DNA of 64,000 nucleotides from Perkinsus olseni (lineage: Eukaryota), in NCBI GenBank assembly GCA_013115125.1, contig JABANN010000034.1, positions 1 through 64,000 of the forward strand, written 5' to 3'. Position 1 is the first letter of the stretch. Every line of letters begins with the position of its first letter. The notes beneath the pieces are model-generated. The model was given only the letters and a program-made list of their open reading frames with translations, did no database searches and was not told where the DNA came from. Position numbers and translations under genes: made by a program. This document shows, piece after piece, positions 1 through 12,500 of this stretch.

Positions 1-528
1 GCGAAGATACGTCATCATCTTGGGCACTTCAGTCGTCTTGGCCTTCCTTCTCGTTATCCCGCGGCTACGCGCACCGCCCAGGGCTGCACTTCTATCCCGT
101 CACCGCACCATTAGCTGGTCAGCCCGCACGACTATCTGTCGTCAAGCACTGGACTGGCGAACCTCGTTTACCGTTATCCCGTTAGGAGGTGAGGTTGCGC
201 GACACGATTCGTGTCCCCGCTTAGCCTTGTGACGGTATCTCCGTTACTAGCGCATCCTTGTACCCGATGGTGAATTTCTCAATGAAAACAGCTCATCCGC
301 TTATATGTTGATATACGCCAATCGTTCCCCGTGCGAGGTCTCCTCTTCGTGACGGTTTTATCGTGGCGGAAAGTGACGCCCACAGGTGCGCTGACCGTCA
401 AGGTCCATGCTCTGCTTTTGGAGTTATCGAGCTGAGCCGAAGACGGGTGTGGGGATATTCTCTGTTCGACGGCTGCAGGAAGTGAATTTGGTCTGTTTTC
501 AGTTGTTACTTTTTTCAAACTAGTTCAA

Positions 529-1510
529 ATGTTGTCTGTTGCTGGTCATCGCTTCGCGAGTTTGGCTACTACCACGCCAGCTCTCCGTATGGGTTTGGTC
601 CGCTGTTTCGCATCGGTAACCGGACCATTCCAGTGCCCGCCCCTACCCTACGCGAAGAACGCTTTGGAGCCTCACATGTCCGCCGAGACATTGACATATC
701 ATCATGGTGAGCTCGCTTCATCGGAGATTTTCATCTTTTCTGAACATTTGTGCTTTCAGATAAGCATCATCAAACTTATGTTGACACTTTGAACAGCATC
801 GCTGCTGAGAACCCTAGCATCGCTAAGAAGACGCTCGAGCAGGTTATCAAGACGGAGACTGGCAAGCCTTTCAACCAGGCGGCACAGGTAGGTTGGTTTG
901 ACTGAGTCTGGGTTGTGGAGGATATTGTATTGCTATCAGATCTACAACCACACATTCTTCTTCAACAACCTGGGACCCGGCGCAGGCGGAGAGCCGACTG
1001 GCAAAATTGCCGAGCTCATCACTCGTGACTTCGGGAGCTTCGAGAAGTTCAAGGAGGAGTTCACCGCCGTCGCTGTGGGACACTTTGGCAGCGGTTGGGT
1101 GTGGCTCGTTGCCGACGACGGCAAGCTGAAGATTGTAAGGGGGTTGCTTAATCTGGTTGGCGTCCCTAATGACAGCAAATTAGATATAGTAATAGGCGGG
1201 CAGCGCCAGCCGATTCCTGCCAATCGCCGTGATCATACATTGGTCTTTCGATTCTCTTGCTCTTCAGGTCCAGGGTCATGATGCTGGTACTCCAGTGAAG
1301 GACAGCAAGGCCCCTCTCATGAATATTGATGTATGGGAGCACGCCTACTATATCGACTACAGGAACGCTAGAGCTCAGTAAGTCTTGTGACGCCCTTTGG
1401 GTGGGTTCATCGTTGTATCATCTACCGTGTTTGCCAGGTACGTGAAGAACTACTGGAATCTGGTGAACTGGGACTTCGTCAATAAGAAGGTCGCCGAGGC
1501 TGGTCTATAG
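529..1510 (+). CDS. SOD1: Iron superoxide dismutase with N-terminal mitochondrial-type presequence (5 exons)
   Basis: Exons 529-706, 760-887, 940-1134, 1268-1377, 1438-1510 are joined by GT-AG introns. Motifs: [25 protein letters not shown] (Fe-type Gln), [24 protein letters not shown]. The N-terminus [29 protein letters not shown] is Arg/Ser/Thr-rich and has no acidic residues. Confidence 0.95.
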
Positions 1511-2455
1511 ATTCCCTCTGCCGAACACTCTGTGCTCCTGGATGCGCTGTGAGTCCCTACCTGATGTTTCTGCGCTGGCATACTACGAGGCCGCATTCTA
1601 CTGTTTAAGGGCCGAGAGATAATATTATTGCTGTGTGACTGTATCAGCAAGTCTAGCAAGGTTTCCATTGCGTGTCATCTCTGAGCGATGTTGGTGTTGT
1701 GGTTTAATTGGGGAAGGGGCGAGTTGCTGACTTTATGTCATAAAGTTTATGAGGTCAGTCCACAGATACTCGGGAACGAGGCCTTATGGCGCACAGGTTG
1801 CGATGCTGTTGTCACTACTAATGGAGCTAGTCGACTGTTATTCATCTTTTAGGCCTCCAATGAATAGTTATCGCTATTACAGTTCGGGTCTCTACAACGT
1901 CTCATTAGAAGTTGACCCCGTGTAGATTTGTAGGGTTGCTCTATTCGATTAAATTTCAACTCAGGCCTAACGGAGGCGTTCGATCGTGTTTTCAACAGAT
2001 GATCTTCCAGCTGGCCACACTGTATAGCTCAACTGCTCGCATCCGACTTTGATGAGATGAAGTACAAAGAAGTCCTTTACACGCCAGTGGAAGTGATATC
2101 TTCGGAGTACCTCCTGAATGCAAGTAGATGTAACAGCTGTGCTCAATGATCACCCTCTGAGCTCACGGGAATCCTCAGGTTACGATTCGTAAGTATCACA
2201 CACTGCTTCGTAACTTACGAAGCAGTGTGTAATACTTGTCGGTGAGCTGCAACTCATGCGGCGGTCTAGCTGGGTTCTAGCTAGTCCCTGTTCGATTGTG
2301 TACCGGACTTTGTGATGCGATTCTTGTGTCGTCTACCGCTAGAGGCTCACTGTCGAATCTTTCGTACATTCATCAGCGGATTCCGTCCAAGTCGACTAGA
2401 GAAGTTGTTTATGTTTGTTTTGCAGCCGTTGTTGAGTACCTCCTTCATAACTAGA

Positions 2456-3258
2456 ATGTCCGGCCCTCATGTTCTCCCTCCCCTCCCCTGGGCTGAAAAT
2501 GCCTTGGAGCCTCATATGTCCGCTGAGACCATTCAATACCACTATGGTGGGCTATTGTTGAAGTACTACCATTTCTGTACCGATCTTATGCTCAGGCAAG
2601 CATCATGCTACCTATGTTAACAATCTCAACAAGATCTGCGCTGATGACGGCGAGGTCGCTAAGATGAGCTTGGAGGAGATTATCAAGACTAAAAGCGGAG
2701 GAGTGTTCAATCAGGCCGCTCAAGTGAGTATTTTTGGTAGTGTGTTCAACTTGGAAGTGGCCGCTTGTTTGTAGATATGGAACCATACTTTCTTCTGGAA
2801 CAGTCTGTCTCCTAACGGCGGCAATGCTCCAACAGGCAAGATCGCCGATCTTATCAACCGCGATTTTGGCAGCTTCGAGGAGTTCAAGAAGCAGTTCACG
2901 GCCGCTGCTGTCGGTCACTTCGGCAGCGGTTGGGCGTGGCTCGTTGCTGACAACGGCAAGCTCAAAGTTGTAAGTAAATCGTGTTCGACTGAGCGACATC
3001 ACAGGGCATTTTGTGTTTTTATCAGGTTCAAGGTCATGACGCTGGCTGCCCTGTAAGGGATGGTCAGATCCCCATTCTCAACTGTGATGTGTGGGAGCAT
3101 GCTTACTACATTGACTACAGGAATGCTAGACCTGAGTAGTATTTTTGTGCTCTCTGGTTGTGGAGGGTTACAGTGTTTTGCTCAGGTACGTGAAGCATTT
3201 CTGGGAGATCGTCAACTGGGACTTCGCCAACAAGAACGTTGCTGCCGCCGGTATGTAG
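2456..3258 (+). CDS. Iron superoxide dismutase paralog without a presequence (5 exons)
   Basis: ATG at 2456 ([22 protein letters not shown]). Motifs [41 protein letters not shown] ends at 3258. Four introns lie at the same positions as in the upstream copy. Confidence 0.93.
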
Positions 3259-3554
3259 AGGGGAGGGCTGGCGGATAAGCTGCTTGGTCGTGATTGCTGA
3301 TGATGGCATCATCAGGATGTTGGGAAGAGCATACTACGCCTTCCGCTATTTTTTATTGTATTCGTGAGCAAACCCGTCAAATGATGGATCGAGATGGTTA
3401 AGAGTTTTTCCCTATTAATAATTTTTGTTGTGTCGTTAACTTCTTGGATGGTGAGGGATCGTCGTTTGAGGGCAGTGAGATCTCTAGTGACGCAGGGAGA
3501 TCACTACAGCACTTCGATTACCACTGAGATCACAAGGCGTACGACGATGGGCAG

Positions 3555-6500
3555 ATGTTGAGGAGTGGGTGCTTGTTCGTATTGCCTTGTGTTCTGGCGA
3601 GTGACGTGGTTGAATGAGGAGCTACTATCGAGATACCCTCTATTGGTAGACGGGAGCGCTAGTGCGAGAAGGATGTCCGAGCTAAGACAGATGTTTAAGC
3701 AGCAGTCATGATCCTCACTCGTCTAACGTCGGTGCTCTGTGTTCCCCTATGGCGTTTGATCGCAGCGACCAACTCGAGCCTAGCAACTGGACCGGCCAAT
3801 ATCATGGAAGTTCCACCAGGGAATGGGACAATGCAGGTATCAGCGCGTCATTACCAGCACTCTGACTGATCGAAGTGGCTGGAGCTTGGTCAGGAGGGCC
3901 CGGCGACCACTACTCCGGTCCCTCAGCAGAACGTGTCCAGCTCGGGGACGAGACGTCTTGTGGAGATTGACACCACTACATCTGGATGGATGGTACTATC
4001 CTGGGCGGAAGTACTGGGGCTGGTGCTTCTGGGGGGGACGAGCGACGCGGAACCGCACAGGCGCGATGAATATAGCTATCACGGTATATTTTCGAGTTAT
4101 CAGCATTCTTCGCGTGACTTAGCTGTAGTTGCTCGTATGGTCGTTGGTTTCATTCGTAGTTCCCCTCCACGACAACTGTGAGTTTGACTGATGAGCTCGG
4201 TGGGGTCTCCACAGGCAGCTCGCCTATACTCATGGCTGGAGTGCTGTATACGAAAGTGAGAGCACTTCTCTTCTGTGGTGTGACCCTGGAGGAGAGGACC
4301 TGAGCCATTGGCAGTTGGAGGTCCACGCTACTGGTGGTTACGAGTTCACTACAGGGTTCCACCCTGCTCCGGCCTTGAAGATGGTTCTTCCGATAACAGA
4401 TAGGACTAGGTAGGGATCGGGGATCGTGGTCCGTGGCGATAAAGTGGTGATCGCAATGCCGTCCAGTTTGATATTGTGAGGATACCAATCACCCGCACAA
4501 TATGCCTCTCACTCTAGTAGAATGGGTAGGAATCAAGAGGGCCTCATCGTTGGGTGGCCTGCCTGAGGCATCGTCCTCGTTTGGTGGCATCATGGCGAGT
4601 GACCGAGAAGTCAGGGTTGACAGCGGCTCCTGGGTCTTCAGATGCAACGAGCTCCAGTATGAAACAACAGTAGCGAAAGTGGACACTGTGAACTCAAGTG
4701 GTCTGGCCCAGCCCACGCGGCTGTACCAGAGTGAGCTCTACTCGCATATGCCAGCTTCAACTGATTCCTTGTCGGACCGAGCAAGCATCGAGTCGGTCCG
4801 TTAGTTTCAACCGCCGATCAAGGCCTGCTGGAGACACAATTCGCTCGGATAATGTTCCAGCACGGAGGCACCTTCCGACTCTGCTACGCACCGGACGGTA
4901 GTACACTCGGGTGACGTGGCAGTGGATGGGTGAAACCTGTAATGGTTCAGGGACCTTCACTGAGGCTGATGGCGGCGGTAAATTCAATAACGTCCTGAAC
5001 ACCACCTTGATAGTTTACGGCTTGGCCAGCCCATGCGCCACTGATGGCTGCATGGCGCAGGAGCGCTGGGATTGCTGGTTCAGGTGTGTGTGGGAAGTCA
5101 CCTCGGGACTCCACGCCTTCCACGCCGTCCACGCCTTCGGATCGTTCGTACGACGTGAAGTCAACTGTATCTCACAAAAGTCATGAAAGTTGCGCAGCGT
5201 GTGGTATTGCAGTTTCAAGAACGAGATCCCAACGGCGGCGTGTGCCATCGCCATCACTAATGGTGGTTCGGCCCTGGTCGATGGCTATCCCGGAAGAGAC
5301 GGCTGGTCTGTCACCGCAGGAGGGTAGTTCTCCTATGCCTCAGCACCTCTACGACCGCTGGTCTGTATAGGACGAGTCGGCTGCATTGGAGTGAAGCTTT
5401 CGAGTATCCGGATATCCACGAGAACAACGGAACAATGAAAGCCGGAGCCGTGGAGAGCAGCAAGAGCTGCGCTACTACCACACCGGATTCGACATACATC
5501 GAAGCACCACCGACTACCGGTGAGGGAGGGGGCTTGGGGGTATACCACTCGCCCACGTGGCTTTGCGAGGCCAATTTCCAAGGAGGTCGGGTCGAATCTG
5601 TCACGTGTGAAAAGTGCCGTCGAAAAGCCCAACGGAGAAGACATCCGCAAGTTGTTCGCGTTTTAGGGGTGGAGTTGGTAACTACTGCCGCCACTGTCTT
5701 GCCGCTCCCGAAGACATCGTCGCACAGTAGCTTCTCATTTGCTGCTTGCTACTGCCCGAGCTACGGGAACTGTGGGGATAAGTCCGAGTGAGCAGGGATG
5801 TATGAGGGAGAGGGAGCGAATGGTATTTTCCAGGTATACTCAGCAAGTAGGGGTGTTCTACATGTGGACACTCAGGATCTGTGACCTGGGCGATGAACGC
5901 CTCTGCTCTCCTCGGTAGTAGCAGAAATGGGGTAGAGAACTTATAGTCACAGTGATAGGGAGGGGACCTGTCCTCTGAGCAGCGCTATATCGGATGCAGT
6001 TCAACGGGATGAACGCTGAGACGCATGGCAACGCTGTCGCGATCGATCGACAACCACCGTGTTTGATATTCTGAGGAGCGGCACAGATGCTGCTGTAGGT
6101 ACATGAGGTTCTTCCCTCAACAGAACTTTGCCTTGAGGGTTGATTGCCCTCCGGGAGAGTACGGATGTCTGACTATCGACTCAGATCAGGTGTGTACGGT
6201 CGTTAGTCCTTCGAGCGTGTCGGACAATGGGCTGTCGCGGAAGACGGTCGACTAGTTAGTTGCGGTGCTCTTATGCGTGCTGGTCCTCACTCAGTCACGA
6301 GTGTCCTTCTTGGAGCTGTCGGGCACGCTGCCGGAAGTGGTACGTCAGGCTGCAGTAGATTCAGCTCAACTGCCGAAGGTGAGGGCCATGGAGAGGCGTC
6401 CAATCGCATGATTTGTGTTGTTATGAATTATGAGTGCTGTGGGGTTCGAACCCACGCGGACCGTGTCCAGTGGATCTTAAGTCCACCCCCTTAACCACTC

Positions 6501-9500
6501 GGGCAAACACTCTGTGAGAATAGCGGAGTTGTATGTGTGTAGCAGTGTCCGAATCGTAGGAGACGATGAACTGGGACCCCACTCACATCTGCAAGACCAC
6601 CGTGGAGAGTAGGCAAATAGTCATACGCGAGAGGGAGAATCTCAACGGTGGATCCCGAAGAGATTATCGGTGAGCCTCACCGGCCACTTTCGAATCGGAG
6701 ATGGAGCGGTATCGAGCTCAGGGTGTGGGGAGAGTTCTTGAGGATCCGACGAAGTCTCAATCAGCGAGTGGCAGTGTGTATGTGTCAGAGGCAATGCGAC
6801 AGTAGCAGCAATTGGTTCAAAGTAGCACCTCGGGCGAGTCTCCACTTTTTCACTGAACCTCGGTCAGGTCGGGGAAATATCTACCCCGCTGGCCGTCGGT
6901 TTCAGCTTCCGGAGTAACACCAGCAGTAGCTACACTCAGCAGGGGCAGTAGGTGGATGGGAGGCCGCTCTGTGATGATGATTGGTTTTTAGGTATGAGCC
7001 GAAGGGGGCATCGGTGTCCATCGTCAACCTGCCTGGGAAGCTCACCCTCTATTTCGGACAGAACACGTCTAACCCATACGACAACTCCGCCCCAGCTGAT
7101 GCGGTAGTGATGAATCGGCCGCTGCGTTCTCCCTATTCTCTATGGATTGAGCACCGGTGTTTCTTCTCTGAGACTTCCAGTTCACTCACGACTCGCCTCA
7201 CCTGTGAATTGGTTTAAAATTGGTATGGAGCATAGACGGTGGTGGTCTCCTCGAGTACCGTCGGATGTTGCTAGAAGTGTTGTTGTCAGTATGAGTCACC
7301 GAAGGCGTCCCGCTCTGCACTGGTCAATGTGATGTCTTTCGACCGAGATCTCCTGCATGGCCCGATCAACAGCAGGAAGACTCTCGAAGCGTGGGTCGAC
7401 AATAGATTCCATAGGGATGAAGGGAGATTGTGGTTCTTGCTTCTGGCTAGGTACCTTGGTCTGGACAAGGAGACGTCGGCGGACGCACAGTCACGACTTG
7501 ATCAGATCTGCAAGCAGGAGCTCTACTCCTCGACGATCCGAGGACCCGACTCCAAGCAGACTGCTAAGGAGTAGGGCTTAGCCACGGGGCTGCCTTGGAT
7601 ACCATGGCCCCTTTCGCTGTGTTGTAGTTACATGGCCTACGTCCCATGGGGTACTGTGACCAACTACCTCTCCTTTGACGGTCAGTACCATGATAAGGAG
7701 ATCACTGTTCTCAAGGCGGGAGTCATCGGTGTCTGCTATTGTGCCGAGGTCACGGATTCTTCCGAGTGCGCGGATCAAGCTTGGATATTCACCGGCAAGA
7801 TGCTCATCCGGGGCCCAATGGGCGGGCAAGTTTGGGACTTCCCCGTGGACGTCATTGTCGGTTTGGCAATTGAAGGCTGGGGATTGGACGAGACCCGAGA
7901 CTTCGTCAGAATCGTGGATTCCTCGGCCAGCTGTGAGCAAATAGAAGCTGGCAACTCCGAACCGTCAGCCCTCACCTCAATTCTTCTCGGGTGTCCGGCC
8001 GAGAACGGCGCAGGCTGCCGGGCGGCGACGAACGAAACGAATCTTATCGGCCACCAGCTGGGCTCCCACGGGCCAGCAGCAGTTCATCTTCAAGACATCG
8101 TACCGGAACCGACGCGGACGTTGCTGACGTTTGACGGCGACCATGGGCTAAGTGATGGTGACATGATTCTGATCGAGGAGGAGACCTTGGAGATATCCGG
8201 CAGGTTGAGCACGCTCTGGACGGAACAACAGAAATATGTAGGCTCCCGACGATCGGCGCGAGGTAGGTGCTGTTTTAAGGTCGGGTCCCTCATCATGGGA
8301 CGGACACGTTTCCGAGACAATAGTTCAGTGAGCTACCCTGTGGGCCATCGAGTAACGCTGCACCCCAGCAACCCCTCCACGCAAGTGTAGGCCTCTGCGG
8401 TTGCTGGCTCTCGTGGAGTTGGTCTGGTTAGGTACATCCCAGTGGCCATCCCGGAGTGGCTGTCGACTGATTTCCTCAGCTTCAAGAGTCAGCTGGGGCG
8501 GTGGCATCGGATATCGGAGTGGAGCACCAATGAGGAGGTACGGGCCACCGTCCCCTACACTGGGGCTAAGGTCTGCTGGGCTACACGACCAACAGGTAAA
8601 GTCCGCAGGGAGGCTTCCTACTCGGTCACTGCCTGACTTCACTTCGAAAGCGATTTCCTTCCACTTCCATAAGTGGTTGGCGGCCGTTTAGTATGCTCAC
8701 CCCTCAGGCCATCATCAATCAGCATTCATGATGACGGCGGGAACGGTGAACTTCGTGAACCCTCCAGAGTTCCCCTACGCTAAGCTATCCCTCACCACGA
8801 CGATGACGGGAGCGGTGGCACCTGTCATCCTCACCTTCCAAGTGAGAGATTGCCGCTGCCGAATCATACCGACTGACCAATCAGGCCGGGTCATGGGAGT
8901 ACAGCCTTAACGACGGTCCCATCACGCTGGTGCTGAGGTTCCGGGACGTGGTGGATGCCGTGCAGCCCCTATTGACTGGTGAGCCCTGCCCGGTCTGCTG
9001 TCAACTCGTACCCTAGTCAACCCTCAGCCGACATCGCCCCCGGTGGCCAGAGCCCCACAGGGCTCCCTGCGAGTGAGGAGCTCCCTCGGGCTCAGATGAA
9101 GCAGAGTGGGTCGATGGGTGACCGAACGGTGGGGGATGCCCCTCCTCCTCTGGCAGGCGTCTGCGGGAAGATCTTCACGGAGCTGTGGTCCTCGGACGTC
9201 TCCGGCTTCCCCGTACCAGCGGGCTGCTACTACAGCAAGACTTATCGTAACGACGGAGCTAACGAGAAGTTCTACAGAGAGTACTACATCTCTTTTAACC
9301 CAAAGTACGCTGCCTCCGCTGGGCGTCCGAGCTTACGGCCCTCCCCTTCGAGGTACGGCCTGCGGCATGACTGCAGTCCTGGCAAGTCCAAGAGGGACCC
9401 TACGGAGGCATCGACTAAGCCCGCTGGGGCTCGACAAGCGCCCGCCGAGGGCCCGACTGAGTAAGCTGCCGCGTTGTTGTCTGTGGTGTGGGTCTAGGTC

Positions 9501-12500
9501 GTGACCTCAGGTACTGCACCTACCAAGTGGTCTTCCTAGCTTCGGTGAGTGACCTCGTCACATCCTCCACCCCAGTCATGGACCTCTACTCGATCTGTCA
9601 TGGCTGTGCTGGGTCGAAGTACAAGGTGGGTGGGAGGCAGCCAGGGGCGCTCAGAGACAGCCGAGGCCTCACTAGGTCTTCGAGAAGTCCACGGTCTACC
9701 TCGACAGAGCTCCAACCGCTGCAGCGGGGTTCTCCGACTCCAACTTCAAGACAGGTCTGCTCGCCAGACTGAGGGTTGACCGCCAGCCTGCCTCCTGTGC
9801 TCAGGTGGTGGCTTCACTCTGACTAACGGTGATGAGGATAAGATACTCTCACTGAGCGCCTCCAATGTTCTCAATTTCCGCTTGGAAGGTGGCTCTGGAG
9901 CCAGCGCCATCAAGAAGGGTGGGTGGCTTCCGTGAGGATTCCCAGGCGACCCTGCAGCTGCCAGGTTCGACGGTACGCCTCATCCTGTCCCCGCTGACCC
10001 TGTGGCACTCGGGAAGCCCTTGCTTCGTGGGGTGCACGGCCGACCCGCTGGTCAGCACAGCGGTCTGTGTCGGGTCCGAGATGACCTGTTCGATGGAGAG
10101 CTCGGTAGTGGCGCAGCCCGGGATGGATGTGACCCCTGGAAGGCGGTAGGGCTGCTGCAAGTGCCCTTCCTCTGTGACTCGAGCCGGCCAGCAGGTTGAA
10201 TGTGGTGAAGATCACTCTGCCGTCTAATTCCATGACGGACATCACCGCCGATGAGATGCACGACTTCACCCTGTCCGGCCTGACGCTACCGGAGAGTGGG
10301 GCTGGCTGGTTCCCCACCAGGATTGGGGTGGAGATCAGCGAGGGGGGCACCGACCTCAAACCGGACTACACCACCTCAGACGGTAAGCCACGAATCATCG
10401 TCATCAGCGAGACTTGAGCACTTGTCTAGGTTTTATCTGGAAGGACCACAGCACTCCCGGCTCCAACGCCCGCCTGCTCGTCACGGGATACTCGGGCTAC
10501 GGCCCATACCCCTTCGAGGAGGACACCTCCAACAAACTGGTGGTCCGCCTGCGATTCGCCGTACCCCTGCTGTCACTGGGCCAGACGAGTGCAGTGGACG
10601 TGAGCATCTTCGTACCTGATGAGGTTGGAGTGTCTTGTCGTACCACGGATGGCGCGGTCGTCCGAGATGACCTCGAGGTGAGCTCCAGCCAACGCTGAAG
10701 GCTATTACTTTTATCGCCATTCCATCGACCACCGTGTCGAATATAATATTGTAAATTTCTACCCTCCTGAAAATTTTGATTTCGAAATTCGTATGCAACG
10801 ATCGAGTAGTCGAAGAGGAACCGTAGGTGTCTTTATTCGCCTACGGAGCTGCACTGTTAACCCCGATTTTTATAGCCCCGAGAAGCAAGTGGGGTGAGCT
10901 CTTGATAGTGCAGAGGTCCCCTGCTGATGATCAGCTCGCTCCGTAGCATCACTGCGAGGGCACCCCTGCTCAGGTCTTCGACCACGACCTCGATGATGAC
11001 TACTACTACGATAACGTGAAGGGGTACTGGAGCGGCCTCACCGATGATGGCTCGTGGGAGTCTTCCTCGGCAAACGAGTGCATCTACTCATTCCGGAAAG
11101 GCCAGATGGTGCCTGTTAACACCACCGCCTACCTCACCTTGACGCTGGACAACCCGAGGGCTCCAATGAGACGAGATGATGCTGTTAATACCTGGTAGGA
11201 CTAGTCCATTGGCAAACGGTCCGACCTCGGGATCATAGACATGAGACTGATGTGCATGAGAGCTTCGAGTCCAACGAGCAGCTCAATCAGACTAGCACCG
11301 ATGTAGCTTGGTTTGTTGCTGGTGGAACCGCTCAATAGTAGTGCAGCTAGGATCTTCGTAGCAACAGAAGTCCTTTGGCGCTCGGCGTGGTCTTGGACTC
11401 GCCCCACCACACCTGGCTTGCATCACTTGTAGGTTCATCCAGATCGGAGGCAAGGGTTACTCAGATGCGAGCCCTCGGCGTATGGCCAAGATCCCCTTCA
11501 CTGTAATTCCTCACAACTCTCCTGACGCCCGCTACTGGCAGCACAACGTGGCGGCCTTGGGAGAGCTCTCCGAGGTTACGCTGCAGCCTCTGAGCTTCCA
11601 ACCCGACGCCCTCACTTACGTGCGGGTCTTTTTCATGACGGCGACGGCTCCTAATCGACGGTCCAGGATTGTCATCGACGCTCCAGAGGGCTTCGACTTC
11701 GGTCTGGATTGTGACGTCCGGGACTTGCCTAGTCCGCAGTATGCTATCGTCGGCGCCACTAGGCAGGGCAAGACCAATCGGCTGAAGCTGGTGGAGAAGT
11801 GTGTGGGGTCGAAGTTCGCCTTGTCGACCCTGAGCAAGTCCGCAACTTACAACCGAGCGATGGTCGTGGTGGGAGGGGTCATGAAGGCCCTCACTCGCTA
11901 TGGCTTCCAGATGGGCGTTACCCTGCCGCCGGGGAAGACGTACAAGTGAGCTCAGCAGGAGACGGAATCTATTCGTATGAAGGGCTCTTTCTTGTCAGCC
12001 CGGACGTCCACAACTACGGCTGGCGCCTGTGGACCTACGACCAGTACGGATATGGACTCGATGGGGCACGACCGTAAGGGGGGAGGAATGGCGATGGCCT
12101 CTGAGGAGGATGGACCATTGTAGGTACATCGGCTTCAATAGGGAAGTGCCTGAGGCCAGCAGTAACTTCTACGACAAGGGTTTCGGCCTGTACGCTGATG
12201 AGATGAGGGGCATCGAGAATGGCGAGAATATCGTTGGTGAGACTCGCTCGGCTCGGTGAGAAGAAGGCTGTCGTGCCCCTTGTGCTCGTACGAGATGTGC
12301 CTCCTAGTGGATCTCGGTGGGATCACTAAAGGCACTTTTACTGACCTATCCTGGCACCATCTCTTCACCTCAGCTCCCTCTGTCAAGATCACCAGCCTTC
12401 TGCCGTACACCGTCGCGGAGTCGAGTACTTGGCTAACATTCGAGCCCTTCGTCTTCTCCTTCGACTTCGTCTCCACTATGAGGCTCACTGCTCCCGTCGG

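Noticed and set aside
1-518. Short ORFs upstream of SOD1
   Set aside because: No recognisable motifs or consistent splice model could be read.
4500-5790. Possible retrotransposon integrase (TIRSDN, CEKC)
   Set aside because: The motifs are in the wrong order and fall in apparent introns or off-frame; the region splices as part of the giant plus-strand gene.
10677-10901. AT-rich intronic insert bounded by a ggtgagctc direct repeat (possible TSD)
   Set aside because: The repeat is essentially the splice-donor consensus and no convincing TIRs were found.
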